This document shows positions 34,963 to 44,964 of a DNA stretch of 64,000 bases, piece by piece. How positions within the stretch are numbered: position 1 is the stretch's first letter; the number at the start of each line of letters is the position of its first letter. Both the position numbers and the translations under genes were made by a program. The DNA lies in IMG/VR virus record IMGVR_UViG_3300042391_001376, positions 62,001-126,000 of that record. The stretch is one strand, 5' to 3'. The notes beneath the pieces were generated by a model. It saw nothing but the letters and a program-made list of their open reading frames with translations, did not search any database and was not told the DNA's origin.

Positions 34963-35838
34963 TCATCCCTGGGTTAAGGCTCCGACTAATCGCAATACCT
35001 CAGCAGCGTTTTGATTGTTAGCATAATCTTTAGACGCTAAATTAGCTAAATCTTCTCTCAAGAATGGTAAATATAAATTTGCCATTCTGGTAGCTATATC
35101 GGTTGACTCTAATGGATTATATATCTTTTCTCTAAGCTTTTCATTTGCGCTACCATGGCCATACCAACCGAGGTAGCTATACCTAACTCCGCTTTCTACG
35201 GGCAACACTTGATGAGTAGCTATATAATTGCTTGGGAACATCAATATATCACCTTTTTTAGGCTTATATTTTATATTTAAATAATTAAAATAATGCTCTC
35301 CACCAATATAGTCATCGTTCACATACACTACAGAACCAACTACATTCTTCGCAGCGAGTTGCATTTTCGGTTCTTCTAGACCAAAGATGTAGTCACAACT
35401 ATTATCGGAATGTGGGCCCAAGTATGACCCAGGACCATAGGATACAACATGCCCCTTGGATCTCCACCATATACACTTAAACAACATAGGGTATTCCATT
35501 ATATATTGAAGTAAACACTTATATTTTATATCTTCGATAAAAGCTAACAAAACAATTGATTCAAGAGATTTATCTTCATGTATCTCTATGCTCCTAAAGG
35601 GCATTTCGTTGACGGTTCTTTCGTTAAAATAATAACCACTTCTATTTATATAACAGGGCGCACCAGTGTCAGGGTCGATTGATGGTTTGTACATGTTTTC
35701 TTTTTCTCTCAATATATGGCCGCTAGCCCATTCGACAAAGTAGTCCCAATCTACGTCCAAGACTTGTTCAAAAAGCAATACTCCGTCTCCCAACTTCTTT
35801 GGAGATACTTTTTTATAATTGAACTTTTCCTTCAACAT
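34963..35838 (-). CDS. 2OG-Fe(II) oxygenase (prolyl 4-hydroxylase-like)
   Basis: HSD...YVNDDYIGGE...FPSNY..THQV..VESGVRYS. Confidence 0.85.
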   Translation of the reverse strand: MLKEKFNYKKVSPKKLGDGVLLFEQVLDVDWDYFVEWASGHILREKENMYKPSIDPDTGAPCYINRSGYYFNERTVNEMPFRSIEIHEDKSLESIVLLAFIEDIKYKCLLQYIMEYPMLFKCIWWRSKGHVVSYGPGSYLGPHSDNSCDYIFGLEEPKMQLAAKNVVGSVVYVNDDYIGGEHYFNYLNIKYKPKKGDILMFPSNYIATHQVLPVESGVRYSYLGWYGHGSANEKLREKIYNPLESTDIATRMANLYLPFLREDLANLASKDYANNQNAAEVLRLVGALTQG

Positions 35839-35878
35839 TATGATGCCATCCTGACTGTATCCGATATGCCTAATTGTA

Positions 35879-36328
35879 TCACAATAATTTAAGTTGAGCT
35901 TTCTTTAAGTGGTCATAATTTTCTTTTTTTATATATTTTGAAAAGCAAAATAAATTGGCAGTAAACACTTCCGGCGATAAAACTTTATCGTGGTTATACT
36001 GGGGCTTCCACCTCACCGCATTGTGAAATTTATCAAGTAAATATATAGTCCCTCTACCATAGGCTCCCTGCTTCACCTTCCTGTCTATGGGGTTAATCCT
36101 ATAAATGTAATATGAATTACCATTATCTATGCTATCTAAAAAGCCATTATCAGAATCTATATTCAAGATTCTTTTATCCATTTTATATAAAAGAGATTTT
36201 ATAGCCAATGAAGAAAAATTTTCTACGTTTACAATAAGCTCGATACTTCCGCTAATGTGGAGAGAGTTATTGCTGGTGGTGCAGTATGAATAGCTGTTTA
36301 GCTTTGGTTCTAGAAAAAACGTATCCAT
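35879..36328 (-). CDS. Hypothetical protein
   Basis: 149-aa ORF in the operon. Confidence 0.55.
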   Translation of the reverse strand: MDTFFLEPKLNSYSYCTTSNNSLHISGSIELIVNVENFSSLAIKSLLYKMDKRILNIDSDNGFLDSIDNGNSYYIYRINPIDRKVKQGAYGRGTIYLLDKFHNAVRWKPQYNHDKVLSPEVFTANLFCFSKYIKKENYDHLKKAQLKLL

Positions 36329-36343
36329 ATTTATATTATGATA

Positions 36344-37015
36344 TTAGATTATCCCTAATATCATATCGTATAACTTATCTAATTCATTTAATTCTAAAGT
36401 AAAATTATTTAGAATGTATTGCTCAATAGTGTCATTGGCCGTAGAATTATGACCCGGTATATTAATTAATTTATTCTCAAATTTATAATTACTAATATTT
36501 TCTATATTAAATTTTTTTCTAATGTCTTCCATCAAATTGTGGGAGCTATAAAGCAAAGCATCAAATGTGGCAATAAAAAAATTATTCTTATATTTATCCT
36601 TCGCATTTAAAATATATCGAAAGTATTCCAAATGGGTGTCTAGGATGTGATCTATTGTTTCTTTGAAAATCATAGAACGTATATAAGCGTCCAAAGTTTT
36701 TTCATCTTTATATATATGTTCAATGTTATCTTTTTTATTCTGATAAGACACCAATGAAGATGCTGTCCCCAAGCTTCTTCTTAAAGTAACTACGCAGGGG
36801 ATACCTTTTGACAGGCTTCTTTCAATATTGGATACTTCATGAGTTAAGGCTCTATTTATAGAGATGGTAGGAAAAGTTTCCAATAAAAGTTTTCTAAGGC
36901 TATTATTGCCTTGGCGCTGAAAACCATCAACGCAAAAAAGATGTGTACTTTTACTACTTATAGGTCTGGTAAAATTAAATAAATTATAATAACTTCTTAT
37001 ATCTACTGTGTCCAT
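36344..37015 (-). CDS. Sulfotransferase-fold (P-loop) protein
   Basis: DGFQRQGNNSLRKLL resembles the 5'-PSB motif; VVTLRR.....SS resembles the 3'-PB motif. Confidence 0.5.
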   Translation of the reverse strand: MDTVDIRSYYNLFNFTRPISSKSTHLFCVDGFQRQGNNSLRKLLLETFPTISINRALTHEVSNIERSLSKGIPCVVTLRRSLGTASSLVSYQNKKDNIEHIYKDEKTLDAYIRSMIFKETIDHILDTHLEYFRYILNAKDKYKNNFFIATFDALLYSSHNLMEDIRKKFNIENISNYKFENKLINIPGHNSTANDTIEQYILNNFTLELNELDKLYDMILGII

Positions 37016-37068
37016 GTAAGACCAAACTCTAACTCATCCATAGATTACCAAATCTGCAACACAAAGAC

Positions 37069-37866
37069 TTAGTCTTTGATTATTATGGTAGTCCCCTGAA
37101 GAGATGAAATATGATAAAAGCATATATTATCAATTTTTCTAAGATTTTCATGCATAACATAATACGGTGACATCAGCTGCATATTCAAGCTTTTTGAAGA
37201 ATTTGAATTTGATGCCCCATATGTAGTCATCAAATCGCCACTTGCACCAAGAATTATTGTTCCGCCACTTGCCATAGAATCTATTAATTTAAGAAAAATA
37301 TCATCATCAAAATAACTGACTAATATTTCTGCCGTTGTTAAGATCAGGTCTAAATCTTTCGGGCCCTCTCCATTTGCTATATCTATCAAATTCACAACAT
37401 TAAAAGTTGTTTCCTCTTCATCATAAAACTCTTCTAGTCTATTTAACCAGTAGTCATTGGATACAAAAACATTTTCTCCACAGAAAGTAGATAAGAAATT
37501 ACTCTTAGCATCTCCTCCGCTACCAATCAATAGCGTCCTGTTTGGTTTTATCATTCTAAATAACATTTCGCTTATTACATCACTATACAACAACACATTT
37601 GTGAGTATCGGCATTTTTGCAACTAGTAATTCAGGCCTTCGGATTTCTCCGTACCCATAATTGGTTGATTTTATAGATCTATCCATACCAAGGGAGATTT
37701 CATTTTCCACAATTTTACTATTGATTAATGCTTGTTCTTCAATTGATAAAGAACCTGCTAACTTTGTTTTAGAAAGATTATAACCACCTTTTATAATATC
37801 AACCCAGGTTGGGGCGACCCATTTGCCCTGTGCATAATCCGTGATTCTGTTTTGTTCTTCTAACAT
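37069..37866 (-). CDS. Class I SAM-methyltransferase-like protein
   Basis: TLLIGSGG motif I, DLDLIL, LIDSMASGGTIIL. Confidence 0.5.
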   Translation of the reverse strand: MLEEQNRITDYAQGKWVAPTWVDIIKGGYNLSKTKLAGSLSIEEQALINSKIVENEISLGMDRSIKSTNYGYGEIRRPELLVAKMPILTNVLLYSDVISEMLFRMIKPNRTLLIGSGGDAKSNFLSTFCGENVFVSNDYWLNRLEEFYDEEETTFNVVNLIDIANGEGPKDLDLILTTAEILVSYFDDDIFLKLIDSMASGGTIILGASGDLMTTYGASNSNSSKSLNMQLMSPYYVMHENLRKIDNICFYHISSLQGTTIIIKD

Positions 37867-38145
37867 TTAGATACCCGATTCGTTTATTTTTGCTGCATAA
37901 AGCTTATAATTGTATAAATTATTAATTATTTTCATAATTAATACTTTTCTTAATCTTTGAGTTTCTGGTTCGATATAATCCTGAGACATAATTCTATCTT
38001 GATATGGATATATTTCATTAACTTTTTCTATAAATACATCTATTTCTATGCTAGCATAATCTTGTTCTGCTAGTCCTATTTCTAGACATATCTTATCTAA
38101 TCTCGATTTTAGATAAGATGTATATTCTGTAGGGTTAAATTTCAT
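37867..38145 (-). CDS. Small helical hypothetical protein
   Basis: ORF with AGGAG RBS. Confidence 0.6.
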   Translation of the reverse strand: MKFNPTEYTSYLKSRLDKICLEIGLAEQDYASIEIDVFIEKVNEIYPYQDRIMSQDYIEPETQRLRKVLIMKIINNLYNYKLYAAKINESGI

Positions 38146-38154
38146 TTTTAGCTC

Positions 38155-38328
38155 CTATGACCAAGGATCTGAATATACTTGGAATAAATATAAATTAAAT
38201 TCTTCATCTATTGGTATTCTGCCCTGGCCTTGTACCTGATTAGGTTTATCGCTTTTTTTTACATAACTTTTTGTAGCGCTATTATATTTCAGATTTTCTA
38301 ACGCAGAAAAATTCATAAATAATGTCAT
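38155..38328 (-). CDS. Small hypothetical protein (57 aa)
   Basis: Not in track. MTLFMNFSALE...SDPWS* fills the gap and is coupled to the upstream stop (TAATG). Confidence 0.5.
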   Translation of the reverse strand: MTLFMNFSALENLKYNSATKSYVKKSDKPNQVQGQGRIPIDEEFNLYLFQVYSDPWS

Positions 38329-38567
38329 TATGCAACCGTGTTTAATAAATTTTTTAAAATTGCGATATTATTTTCAAGCATCTTGTAAGTTCCTTCTTCA
38401 TTAGAGCTAGAATATTCATCAGGTAGAATAACACCATTCGTATATGCGTCTTCTGGATCGAGACCCAAGATCCTTGCCACTCTATATATATGAAGTTTCT
38501 TTTGGTGTATAACTTCATCTGTTAAATGCTGCTTTAATTCTTCTGGGATACTGTCAAAAATTGCCAT
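38328..38567 (-). CDS. Small helical hypothetical protein
   Basis: 79-aa ORF. Confidence 0.6.
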   Translation of the reverse strand: MAIFDSIPEELKQHLTDEVIHQKKLHIYRVARILGLDPEDAYTNGVILPDEYSSSNEEGTYKMLENNIAILKNLLNTVA

Positions 38568-38597
38568 AATGTATAGGTTTCCTTTTTGCGGGTAGTA

Positions 38598-38849
38598 TTA
38601 TTCAAGTTCTGCAATTAAAGATAATAAATCTTTATACACTTCTACAATTTCCTGTAAATCGCGCTCTATGTGAGAAGCTGCGCTATTAGAATCAAAAGTT
38701 CCGGCCACCCAGGTGTCTATATCAAAAGAACTGTTAATGCCCAATTGAGCGGTTAGGGCAAACATTCTATTCGCTATGTATCTTTTGGCCACTTGAAGCT
38801 CTTGAAGCTTCTCTTCTGTCGTTAACAGATTAAAAATATCAGATGCCAT
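38598..38849 (-). CDS. Small helical hypothetical protein
   Basis: 83-aa ORF with AAGGA RBS. Confidence 0.6.
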   Translation of the reverse strand: MASDIFNLLTTEEKLQELQVAKRYIANRMFALTAQLGINSSFDIDTWVAGTFDSNSAASHIERDLQEIVEVYKDLLSLIAELE

Positions 38850-38884
38850 TTATATTCCTTTTGTTTTGGATTCTTGTAATTTAT

Positions 38885-38891
38885 ATAGTAA
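38885..38891 (-). promoter_or_regulatory. Putative late promoter TTACTAT
   Basis: 36 nt upstream of the 38849 start. Confidence 0.55.
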
Positions 38892-38930
38892 CTACTCAAA
38901 GAAAAATGTTATAAAAAATACCTATAAAAT

Positions 38931-39635
38931 CTATTGTTCTGGCGAATTAAGGTTAGGTAGGCCAGAGTACTTTGGCCCTATCCTATCTCCGTCTGAATTA
39001 AGGCCAGTTTTGATTCCTTTAATCCAGGTCCATGGTTTTTCTATATTATTTCTAGATTTAAGGTAATTATATTTTTCTCTTTCTGCGACTAGTTCTGGAA
39101 AATCTGATCTATTAACAACTTCAAAGTTGACACTTGGCATCAGGGATGGGTCGAATATAGTAAAGAATATAAAGGGTTCTCCCTTTTTAAAGATAACAGG
39201 TTCATTTATTTTTGTGATAACCCAATTTGTTTGCAGTTCATCCGGCCACCAATCGCTTGGAATTGTTGCCGTCATAGGAGATGCCCCGTCAACATAGTAA
39301 TTTGGAGATCCAGTTGCCCACAAGTGATATGGAGATTCTGTATTTATTACCCATCCAGTAGCAAAAGAAATCATTCCATTAATATTTGAATGAGCAAAAT
39401 TCCAACCATTATGGACTCCACCGCTAATAATTTGAGCTGGGGAATTGCCGCCATTCCAGATAACAGTAACATCTTCGGGCAACACCATCTCCCAACCACT
39501 AACATTCGCAGTTGTGACTGGGGTACATTGATATGCATGCTTGTTGTATGTATTGTCCATCCAGTCACGTTTTATTCTAGATTGCTTAATTTCTACTGGA
39601 TTTTGAAGAGTTTTTGATAAAGTTATTTTTGTCAT
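38931..39635 (-). CDS. DUF6065-like protein
   Basis: RDWMD...HAYQCTP...AN..GW, GSPN, DWWP, FKKGEP recalled as family motifs. Confidence 0.6.
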   Translation of the reverse strand: MTKITLSKTLQNPVEIKQSRIKRDWMDNTYNKHAYQCTPVTTANVSGWEMVLPEDVTVIWNGGNSPAQIISGGVHNGWNFAHSNINGMISFATGWVINTESPYHLWATGSPNYYVDGASPMTATIPSDWWPDELQTNWVITKINEPVIFKKGEPFIFFTIFDPSLMPSVNFEVVNRSDFPELVAEREKYNYLKSRNNIEKPWTWIKGIKTGLNSDGDRIGPKYSGLPNLNSPEQ

Positions 39636-39652
39636 AATTATTATTATCCCTT

Positions 39653-40372
39653 CTATATTGCATGAACTATATAGTCGTTGTCTAATTTTTTAATATTTTT
39701 TAAATTAGATTTTGGATTTCTCATCTCTTTTCCGCCATTATCACTCCCTGTATATGGGTAATGAAATCTTGAATTATAGTCAAACATAGTAACCGCTGAG
39801 TACTTTACTCCAGATTTAACGGGTAGTGCCTCATGCATGAAAATAAAATTAGATGGAAATAATATTATATCGCCTATTTTTGGTTTAATTTTAAATCCTA
39901 AATTATTAAAGGCTAACTCGCCACCTTCGTAATTGTCATTAAGATAGACTACAGTAGAAACCGTGCTGGAATAACTGAAACCGTCATCTCCATGCTGTTT
40001 AAAATGTTGACCAATTCCATATTTGATGTAGTTTATCTCTTCCATGTAATCCATTCTTATATTAAATCTTGTTTCGTAATCATAGAGACATTCTAGCACC
40101 GTTTCTTTAGTCTTCATGTATATATCAGTTAGCTCAGGTATGTCTTCTGTAATTGAATTTAATATTGATTCAGAAATGTGAAAATCATAACAATTTCTAT
40201 AAGATTTTATATAGTCGCCATCGCCAGTAGTGGCTTCTTTCCACTTGTTATGCCCGGTGTTGTTTTTGCTTAATACATTTTCTAGGGCCTCTATAATTAA
40301 ATCACTATTTTTTAAAGCATTCCTATATAACACTATGCCAAATCTTTTGTCTAAGATATACTGAATATCCAT
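39653..40372 (-). CDS. 2OG-Fe(II) oxygenase (prolyl 4-hydroxylase-like)
   Basis: HGD...YLNDNYEGGEL...HEALPVKSGVKYS. Confidence 0.85.
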   Translation of the reverse strand: MDIQYILDKRFGIVLYRNALKNSDLIIEALENVLSKNNTGHNKWKEATTGDGDYIKSYRNCYDFHISESILNSITEDIPELTDIYMKTKETVLECLYDYETRFNIRMDYMEEINYIKYGIGQHFKQHGDDGFSYSSTVSTVVYLNDNYEGGELAFNNLGFKIKPKIGDIILFPSNFIFMHEALPVKSGVKYSAVTMFDYNSRFHYPYTGSDNGGKEMRNPKSNLKNIKKLDNDYIVHAI

Positions 40373-40392
40373 AACTTGATTTACCAGCCCTT

Positions 40393-40428
40393 TTGATATA
40401 TAATGATCTAATCGAATTATTATATCAC
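40393..40428. promoter_or_regulatory. Pair of oppositely oriented sigma70-like -10 elements
   Basis: TGATATATAAT on + and TGTGATATAAT on - between the two divergent oxygenase genes. Confidence 0.45.
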
Positions 40429-40441
40429 AGGAGAAGCACTG

Positions 40442-41062
40442 ATGACAAATGCTCCAGAATTTAATATATTACCAGACCATTTTGGAAAGGGTCCAGAAAA
40501 TATATATACTTTTCAAAATTTTATTGAAAAAGACGACTTAAAAAGCATAAATGATTTTGTAGCAAATATAAAAATTTGGGATAATAATAGCAAAAGCGTG
40601 AGTTATGCAGATGGTTCGAGTAGATACAGTGCTGAGCTTTGGCACGACCGAATGTGTAGTGGGGAAATAATAAAATCTTTAAGTCCTGATATCTATAATT
40701 TAATAGATTCTTATATTATAAAAATGCAACATATCGCAGAAGAAATATTTAACTGCAAACTAAAAAAAAGACCTCCAGTAGTTGTTTGCTGGAGACCAAG
40801 TGATATGCAATTGCCTCACGCAGACAAACAGTTGCAAGATGGAAGACCAAATGCATTCCCCGATTATGATTTAAACTCATTATTTTATTACAATGAAGAT
40901 TTTGAGGGCGGTGAACTATATTACCCACAACACGTTAAAAAAATAATTCCTAAAGCTGGTTTAGCCGTTCTGCATCCGGGAGATATAAATTATTTACATG
41001 GAGTTACCCCAGTTCTTTCTGGACGTAGATGGGTTACTCCTTCGTTTTATACGGTCCAATAG
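40442..41062 (+). CDS. 2OG-Fe(II) oxygenase (prolyl hydroxylase-like)
   Basis: HAD...YYNEDFEGGEL...HGVTPVLSGRR; AGGAG RBS; the only credible plus-strand gene. Confidence 0.85.
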   Translation: MTNAPEFNILPDHFGKGPENIYTFQNFIEKDDLKSINDFVANIKIWDNNSKSVSYADGSSRYSAELWHDRMCSGEIIKSLSPDIYNLIDSYIIKMQHIAEEIFNCKLKKRPPVVVCWRPSDMQLPHADKQLQDGRPNAFPDYDLNSLFYYNEDFEGGELYYPQHVKKIIPKAGLAVLHPGDINYLHGVTPVLSGRRWVTPSFYTVQ

Positions 41063-41122
41063 TTAATAACTAGTAATTATAAAAAATAATTTAATTTATA
41101 TAACTACTGTTTTTATGCTATA

Positions 41123-41530
41123 TCAGCAAGGGAGGCAGCAGCCGCAGGTACCCTTATTGCAGAAGGAGATAGGAAAACCTGGCGGGGCAAAGAAACCTGG
41201 TGGGGAAAAGAAATCTGGCGGGGAAAAGAAATCTGGCGGGGCAAAGAAGCCTGGTGGGGAAAAGAAACTTGGTGGACCAAAAAAACTTGGTGGAGAAAAA
41301 ACTCCATAATCATAATTTATAGCTGTGCCAAGTAATACTACCGAAGTATCTGTTAAGGCTGTAACAACTTTGTCATTAAGATTGATGTCTTGAGTAGAAG
41401 TAGTTACAACGGTGCCCACAACATGGCCTGCCGCAATGATCGCAGCATTTGCTGCTGCCCTAGTAGTGCCTTGGGCTATTGCAGGCTTAGCGTTTTTTCT
41501 ATTTTGCTTTTTACCAGTATTTTCAGCCAT
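41123..41530 (-). CDS. PASTA-like domain + (FFxPPx)7 repeat + Cys-rich tail protein (copy 1)
   Basis: Sequence shows the hexapeptide repeats and a CNKGTCGCCLPC terminus. The N-domain is nearly identical to copy 2. Confidence 0.75.
   Translation of the reverse strand: MAENTGKKQNRKNAKPAIAQGTTRAAANAAIIAAGHVVGTVVTTSTQDINLNDKVVTALTDTSVVLLGTAINYDYGVFSPPSFFGPPSFFSPPGFFAPPDFFSPPDFFSPPGFFAPPGFPISFCNKGTCGCCLPC
41172..41303 (-). repeat. 18-nt coding tandem repeat (7 units)
   Basis: VFSPPS FFGPPS FFSPPG FFAPPD FFSPPD FFSPPG FFAPPG. Confidence 0.9.
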
Positions 41531-41531
41531 A

Positions 41532-43478
41532 TTATGCTACCAAATCTCCTAAAGCAACCCATGTATCAGTTGCGCGTTTAATAAGTGTAGCAGATGACCA
41601 CTGTGCACGCAACTTAAGACCAGGAGTACCGTTTAGTGTTACTCCTGCTCCTGCCGTAAGTGTGCACTGGCCAGCTAATGTTTGAAGGACTGTGAGAGTA
41701 GTCCCTACCGGAAAAGCTACTGAAGAGTTAGGTGGCAATGTCAGCGTATTGGCTGAAGCATTCCCCATTTCGATCATCTTTCCGCTGTCTGCTAATACTA
41801 GTGTATAGCTAGCTGCCTGAGCGTTAGTGACTGTGTCAGTAATAATTCTCTGGTAGTTAGTGCCGTCATTTGTGAATTCCCAACAGTCTGTTGTTTCATT
41901 CCAACGAAGTACTACGTTTGTTGAAGTTCCGCGTTCTACTTCGATCCCAGCATTAACCGATGGAGTGCCTGCTTCATTATTATTTAATACAATAATGTTG
42001 TCATCGATTGTTAAAGTCTCTGTGTTGATACTTGTGGTAGTTCCTGAAACTGTTAAGTTACCAGAAACGGTTAAGTTTCCAGCTACTGTTGGATTAGAAG
42101 TATTAACCCAAGCAGAACCGTTATATGATAGAAGTTGATTTGTTGCTGCTGTGGTAATTGTAACATCAGAAAGATCTGTTATCCCTAACGTCTCAGTGAG
42201 GCTAGCGTTAACCCAAGCTGAACCGTTATACTTAAGAAACTGACCACTTGCAACTGAAGTAATTGTCACTCCGCCAACGTCATCAATGTCATTGATAGTT
42301 GGGATTGAACCCCATTCAAGACCTGATGTAGCCGACGAGTTTGCTCTTAAAAAGTTTCCATCTGTTCCAACAGCTAAGCGATTAACTGTATTGTCAGCTG
42401 TTCCGACAACAAGATCACCTTTAGCATCGATTAGCGATTTTAGAACTGCGTTGTTGCCAGCATCAGAAACAGCTATTGTTGCAGCGTTTTGCACGAATGC
42501 GGTAGTTGCCAACTGAGTGTTGCTAGTAGCGTTTGCTGCGGTCGGTGCAGTAGGGACTCCAGTTAAACCTGGGCTAGCTAATGTTGCGTAACCAGTGAAT
42601 GATACGCTAGATGTCTCTTTGCCAGAAATTCTACCATAATCGTCTACAGTAAAATTGCTAACAAAACTGGTTGTATTTGCGCCTGAAGTATTTGATTGAG
42701 CTACTGTAGCAAGATCAATACTATCCGCATTAACAACTATTCTTGTTCCATTTGCAGAAACAACATCTATAGAATTGCCAGTCTTGACCATGCCGTCACC
42801 CACTACAAATGCTGCGGTACCGGTAAATTGAGAAAAGCTAAGATTATCTGTTCCTAAAACAATTGCATCGTTTGTACCAGTTCCAGTGGTAGTTAAGATA
42901 AATGCTTGACCACCATTGCTACTCCCAGCTACTACGTATACTGAATCGCCAGCAGAAACTTGACCAGCAACACTATTATTGGAATCCGCACGACGAGTTA
43001 ACACAAATGGGTTAGATGCATCGCCTTGTGCTGTAATTATGTATATTCCGTTTTGTGTTGCAGTTGCTTGGTTTTTTACCAAGATGCTTTTGCCAGTAGT
43101 TTGAGAAGTTCCATCAACAGTTAGTCTCCCATTGGCATCACCAGTGAGAGTTGCTCCTACTCCAGCAGTTCCGTTTGCATAAGTGCAAGTAGGAAGAGCT
43201 GCTGCTGTAGCATAGGCTACTGCATCATGCCAATTCAAACCAGCGGCTACCGTATCAACATAGCCTCTTGTGGCCAAGGATGTCGAACTTGTTCCTGCGT
43301 TTGAAGTAACAACAGAAGTAACGTTTAACGTACCATCTACCGCTATATTGCCAACAACTGTGCCAGACGAGTTTTTAAATTCTGCTAATGGAGCGCTTGC
43401 TCCAGTAGCTGCTTTGATGACAAAAGATTCATCATATACTGTAATTTCTGGTGCGGTTTCAATCCTTAGGCGGGCCAT
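41532..43478 (-). CDS. Tail fibre protein
   Basis: Thr/Ala/Gly-rich. Fibre modules LASP.LTG.PTAPTA, DL.DVTIT and ERGTSTNV. C-domain shared with 58017..60509. Confidence 0.8.
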   Translation of the reverse strand: MARLRIETAPEITVYDESFVIKAATGASAPLAEFKNSSGTVVGNIAVDGTLNVTSVVTSNAGTSSTSLATRGYVDTVAAGLNWHDAVAYATAAALPTCTYANGTAGVGATLTGDANGRLTVDGTSQTTGKSILVKNQATATQNGIYIITAQGDASNPFVLTRRADSNNSVAGQVSAGDSVYVVAGSSNGGQAFILTTTGTGTNDAIVLGTDNLSFSQFTGTAAFVVGDGMVKTGNSIDVVSANGTRIVVNADSIDLATVAQSNTSGANTTSFVSNFTVDDYGRISGKETSSVSFTGYATLASPGLTGVPTAPTAANATSNTQLATTAFVQNAATIAVSDAGNNAVLKSLIDAKGDLVVGTADNTVNRLAVGTDGNFLRANSSATSGLEWGSIPTINDIDDVGGVTITSVASGQFLKYNGSAWVNASLTETLGITDLSDVTITTAATNQLLSYNGSAWVNTSNPTVAGNLTVSGNLTVSGTTTSINTETLTIDDNIIVLNNNEAGTPSVNAGIEVERGTSTNVVLRWNETTDCWEFTNDGTNYQRIITDTVTNAQAASYTLVLADSGKMIEMGNASANTLTLPPNSSVAFPVGTTLTVLQTLAGQCTLTAGAGVTLNGTPGLKLRAQWSSATLIKRATDTWVALGDLVA

Positions 43479-43514
43479 ATTACTCCTATTTTGTTTATAA
43501 TAAAAACTAAACTA

Positions 43515-43521
43515 ATAGTAA
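43515..43521 (-). promoter_or_regulatory. Putative late promoter TTACTAT
   Basis: 37 nt upstream of the 43478 start. Confidence 0.55.
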
Positions 43522-43546
43522 TAGCCTTAATCAAATATATGTAAAA

Positions 43547-44155
43547 TTAATTCCACCAAGCAACTGCCGCATATTTTATACCTTTTGTAATTGGAGTACT
43601 TTGATGAAAGAAAGGCACCTGGGATGGAAAGAAGATTATATCTCCTTCTTTTGGCTTTAATTCTAGCCCAATTTTTGGGAATTCTAGAATCCCACCATCA
43701 TAATCATCATTTAAATACACCAAACCAGATATAACACGAGATAAAATTGGAGAAGTATCTAAGTGAACAGAAAAAAAATCTCCTAATTCGTATTTTAATG
43801 TGCTGTATCGATCTTGCTCATATGCCTTTATGGCAATGCCGATTCTCTGCGTGTAGTCTCTAAGAGCAGCAGAAAATGAACGATCTATAACATTAAAGAT
43901 TGAGCTAGATAAATAATTTACTTCATTAGACTCATTTGATCTAAAAAAATCTATTTGTTTACTACTTCTAAAAGAATTTACTTTTTCTTTAGTTTTATCC
44001 CCATGATAAATTAAGCTGTCTCTCCATGCGTATTCTGTATTTAATTCTGATAAAGTATTTATTTGGTTAAGAACTTTTTTTGGATTTTCTATACCATTAC
44101 GATAAATTACAATTGAATTATTTATTTTAATAAAACATTTACTGTCTTCATCCAT
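43547..44155 (-). CDS. 2OG-Fe(II) oxygenase (prolyl 4-hydroxylase-like)
   Basis: HLD...YLNDDYDGG...HQSTPITKGIKY. Confidence 0.85.
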   Translation of the reverse strand: MDEDSKCFIKINNSIVIYRNGIENPKKVLNQINTLSELNTEYAWRDSLIYHGDKTKEKVNSFRSSKQIDFFRSNESNEVNYLSSSIFNVIDRSFSAALRDYTQRIGIAIKAYEQDRYSTLKYELGDFFSVHLDTSPILSRVISGLVYLNDDYDGGILEFPKIGLELKPKEGDIIFFPSQVPFFHQSTPITKGIKYAAVAWWN

Positions 44156-44157
44156 AT

Positions 44158-44964
44158 TTATTGTGTTATTCTCTTTAAAAATTCTAACATTTTACCAGTA
44201 TATTTAATGCGTCCAAAATGGGTCAAGTTAATAGTTGGGTCAACCCAAATCTTTCCCCCCATCTTTTGCCAATATCTACAAAAACCATAATCCTCAGACA
44301 AGAATCTTCCATCATCATCTACATAAGAATTAAACAAAGCGTAGGCGTTTTCTGTTTCTTCGCCGTGCAAAGCTCCTGTATCATCTTTGTATTTTAACTT
44401 TTTGTACTTTTTAAACATTTTGTCAAATACTTGACGCTTGATAAGCATAAAGCCAGTTCCTGCTTCATAGCATTCGATTGCGCCATTATCAATATTTAAT
44501 TGAGTTTCTCCTGGCTTGGTCATATGGACTACATATCTTGTAGCGTATTCCATAAGATCTTGGGCCGGCAAGTCGGCTTGTGCACCTTCTTTTACTTTAT
44601 CCCAATTAATTTCCTTGATTGGATAAGACGCAGTCATGACATCCTTATCGTGCCACAATAACTTTAATATAGCTTCTTTGTCAAATTGAAGATCGACATC
44701 TATAAATACCATGTGGGTAAAGTCTGGACTACCCATGAACTTGGCAACCAAGTTGTTTCTTGCGCGGTTGATTAAAGAATCAGATATTGTGCAGACTGAA
44801 TACTTTAAACCTATTTCTTTAAAATAAAGACAAGCTTGCAAAAAGCTCATCATAAAAGGTTCTGTTACGTGTGAATCATAACATGGGAGAGCAAAAAATA
44901 CATTCCACTCTTGAAGCTTTTCTTTAGGGATTGTTATGTTTATTGGTTGTTCTTCTACAGGCAT
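44158..44964 (-). CDS. GT-A fold glycosyltransferase-like protein
   Basis: ARNNLV, FIDVD (DxD), GTGFMLIKR, LSEDYGFC, LTHFG. Confidence 0.75.
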   Translation of the reverse strand: MPVEEQPINITIPKEKLQEWNVFFALPCYDSHVTEPFMMSFLQACLYFKEIGLKYSVCTISDSLINRARNNLVAKFMGSPDFTHMVFIDVDLQFDKEAILKLLWHDKDVMTASYPIKEINWDKVKEGAQADLPAQDLMEYATRYVVHMTKPGETQLNIDNGAIECYEAGTGFMLIKRQVFDKMFKKYKKLKYKDDTGALHGEETENAYALFNSYVDDDGRFLSEDYGFCRYWQKMGGKIWVDPTINLTHFGRIKYTGKMLEFLKRITQ

